DNA of 62,530 bases, filler included, from Rhabdomonas costata (Eukaryota): assembly GCA_019059605.1 (NCBI GenBank). It is 36 parts of 36 records of this genome, joined end to end, with 100 filler letters (N's around TTAATTAATTAA, not from the genome) between each part and the next. Parts side by side here need not be neighbours in the genome. Positions count along the whole stretch, not along the records: positions 59,155 to 60,792 come from JAHMHO010011520.1; positions 60,893 to 62,530 come from JAHMHO010011521.1; 34 more parts are not named here. One strand, given 5' to 3'. Shown here piece by piece: positions 59,813 through 62,530 of the stretch. The notes under the pieces are model-generated. The model saw only the letters and a list, made by a program, of their open reading frames with translations, was not told the DNA's origin and made no database searches. The position numbers and the translations under genes were made by a program. Within the stretch, counting starts at the first letter, position 1. Each line of letters opens with the position of its first letter.

Positions 59813-61734
59813 AAGCTCGAAGGGAGAAACCTTCAGCCAAGAGACGTGCCAAGAGAGCTTGCTCGCATGCCTTTTTGTACATACTGTCACTTTTGGTGAG
59901 TTATTGTGTGGGAACTATGTGTCGTTGTTCGACGTGATTCTGTTAGAAGTCCACCAGTTTTCTTTGAATTAAAGGAGCATGACAGCATCTACTGGCGGCG
60001 ACTCCACATCCCTGCTCACCTGAGCACCATATTCGCGGTTGCCAAGACTTCGTTATGCATTTGCCCAGCACTGCGGACATTCCCGGCATCAAAAGAATTA
60101 CTTCCTTCTCCGCGATGCAGTGTTTTAGGGTGACCCCGTCCCCAAGCAGTGGCATGACGCTGATGCACATAGGCGAGCAAACAGGTGCCAATCAATCCTC
60201 TGGTTATTGAAATATGAAGGCTACTGAAGTCTCGATTTCCGTTTGACACATACCCCTGCTTTCTTCTCCAATTTCAGGGCCTCTTTTCTGTGCAGGCTGG
60301 GTGTCCAGGGGGGGTTTTTTGTCTTGACTTTGCGCAAATCACATTTTCGTGGTTTCTGGTGGGCAGGCGGACTGATGCAGCTGCCTCCAGTGGATGGGCA
60401 TGGTGAGCCTTCCGAGGTCCCGGTATGCCGTCATGAAAGAGTTGTGCGTTCACCTTCCTTTGCTTTGGCCTCACTGCTCCCTTTCACCCCCTTTTTGTTG
60501 CTGATTCTGCAGAAGCGCAGGCTTTTGATGTGAATGTAAGTGTGCTGAATATTGTTTTGATTGCCCCCCCCCCCCCGCAAGACTGTGGAAAAAGCAGCAT
60601 TTTCGGCCCAATGGAAGTTGGGGGGCGGGGAGCAATAGCGGTAACCAGTGGTATTGGTTACCACTGGTAACCGCTACCATCGGTAGCAGAACTTAAACTT
60701 TTGCTAAATTTAGTATAAAAATGGTCAGGTAAAACATGCCAGTACACTCCCTTACCCTCTATTTTTGTTAAAAGGGTTAGGTAAACACAAACNNNNNNNN
60801 NNNNNNNNNNNNNNNNNNNNNNNNNNNNNNNNNNNNTTAATTAATTAANNNNNNNNNNNNNNNNNNNNNNNNNNNNNNNNNNNNNNNNNNNNGGCACGAA
60901 AAAAAATAGTTCATCCAGGAAACTTCCCAATGGGACGCTTTTGGTTTGGGTGAATGGGGCAGTGTATATGTTTATGTTTGTTTGTATATGTTTGCGCGTA
61001 ATAGAAAAAGACGGAGGAGAAGAGGGAAAACGGGAAAATAAGGAAAAGAAAAGAAAAGGTGTCCTACACGCGCGGGTGTGGGGGTCTTAAAGCACTTTCA
61101 GGTGCCGCGGGGTTCCAGCTCACCAGAAGACCTGCCCAGCTGTCTCCGCCAGTCCCGCGGGTCCCAGGCTCCAAGGAAAACGCGCCTACATTCTCTGCTC
61201 GCTCCCTCCCAGACCAACACTAAGAAAAAAGTGGCAATTGGCACGCTGCCATGAGGCTCTTCCTCTCTGTCCAGACCGGAAAGAAAGCTGGGAAGAAGTA
61301 CACGGTTCCCGCCCATCCTGCGGCTGGATGGCGAGTCCGGAAACAACTCACCCATGCCAGCAATCCTAGGGGACCACGCGCCACCAACCACACCACCACT
61401 CAATGCGCCGGGTAGGGCACCGAGCCTCCGGCGGCAGGGCATACGCAGGGCAAACCACTCACTCGCGCAGATGCTGAGGGGACGACACAGGCAAATGCCC
61501 GCGCACCTCACACTCGGAGCGGCAGGGGGACAGTGCCGAGCCGCGCGCGACACGTGCATCACCCATGCAATCACACTGGGGTGAAACGAAAGAGCGAACG
61601 CAACGCTCTCACCTCCATAAAAAAAGTGATGCAGCAGCCGCTCATGCAGATGTGCCCACAGGGGGTGTAAGGGCGGTGTCCGTTTTGCAGTTTAAATGGA
61701 TTTTGAACTAAAACGCCCTTTGAGCTTGATTCTT

Positions 61735-61810
61735 AATGGAGTTTAATGGAGATCAATGGGGATAAATGGGGGTTAAATGGGGCTTAATGGAGTTAAATGG
61801 CATAAATGGA
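61735..61810. repeat. Degenerate 10-11 bp minisatellite (AATGGRGWTA-like), 7-8 units
   Basis: AATGGAGTTT AATGGAGATC AATGGGGATA AATGGGGGTTA AATGGGGCTT AATGGAGTTA AATGG. Confidence 0.85.
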
Positions 61811-62044
61811 ATTTCTTACACCGCCCCAAGGGTGTCACTGGCCTGTGTTTGAGTCGTCCTGGGCACACCCAATAAAGAGTGCATTGGTCCTCTTCGCAAG
61901 ACCCTCGCCCCATTCCTCAGCGATTCGGAACTTTCTTGTTCCTTTTTTGTTTGGATCTGAGAGACCCCAAAGTAACAGTAACTTAACCCATGGTCATTTT
62001 CGGGTTCTTTTCGGTGCGATGCTTTTCTTCTTCTTTGCGTTTCG

Positions 62045-62470
62045 TTGTGCTTCTTCCGGATGCCGTTCATGGTGGTGATCGTGATGCTCATGGACCCACC
62101 CCTCACCGCAATAACCCTGTCGTGCAGCACGGGGGAGGGCGGGTAGAGCAGATCTACACCTATGTCAGAACAGGCGCGAACACATGGGGCTTGACGCCCC
62201 GGAGGTGCACGACGATCAGCACGAGCACGAGCACCATGAACCACCGTATGGTTGTAGATGGCGTCATGGATGGGGGCCGTTTGGTGGTGATGTTGTTGTT
62301 CATGCATTCGCGTTGTCGAGCTCCGTTGTAGTTGTTCCGGATGCCGTTTATGGTGGTGATGTTGATGCTCATGGACCTCCCTCCACCGCCACCGCCCCGT
62401 CGCGGAGCACGGGGGACGGCGGGTAAGGCTGATACACACCTAGGTCAGAGCAGGTGCGAGCACATCGGGC
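62045..62470. repeat. Diverged direct repeat of ~140 bp with ~280 bp period
   Basis: TTCCGGATGCCGTTCATGGTGGTGAT..GCTCATGGACC..AGCACGGGGGA..ACACCTA.GTCAGA.CAGG.GCGA.CACAT occurs at ~62054-62190 and ~62335-62470. Confidence 0.85.
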
Positions 62471-62530
62471 CAGCATCGGCGCGAGACTGCTCAGCAGGAT
62501 GACCAACCCACCCCCAAACACACCCACCAC

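Noticed and set aside
1-62530. Gene-sized nanochromosomes capped by G/T telomeres
   Set aside because: The ends have no fixed repeat unit, the G-rich strand is at the 5' end (opposite to telomeres), lengths are uniform as expected from size sorting, and genes are cut mid-exon.
1-62530. Operon or defence-island interpretation of neighbouring genes
   Set aside because: Adjacent contigs are unlinked and the genes have spliceosomal introns, so neighbourhood across spacers carries no information.

Overview
This window is not one locus. It is 36 unrelated contigs of about 1.64 kb joined by an artificial 100-nt spacer (44 N + TTAATTAATTAA + 44 N). Most contigs start with G/T-only and end with A/C-only sequence, and several end in fold-back inverted repeats, which points to whole-genome-amplified (probably single-cell) DNA. 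The source is an intron-rich eukaryote, most likely a euglenozoan such as a euglenid (inference from gene families and splice signals). I rebuilt spliced exons for about 20 gene fragments: tandem PstS-domain protein, acetyl-CoA synthetase, FIST-C protein, CMS1-like protein, MAP3K-like kinase, tandem CS-domain protein, class III nucleotide cyclase, family A DNA polymerase, histidine kinase, dCache receptor, sirtuin, Hsp70, gankyrin-like ankyrin protein, RanBP2 zinc-finger protein, rhodanese and several hypotheticals. Three observations stand out. (1) An uninterrupted Penelope-like retroelement ORF with an N-terminal GIY-YIG endonuclease (Naiad/Chlamys type) at 5233-6872. (2) A dispersed ~200-300 bp repeat family in at least 7 contigs whose stems show compensatory base changes. 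(3) Degenerate GTRYGY donors with frequent GC-AG introns. All protein calls come from motif recognition by eye; no database search was run.
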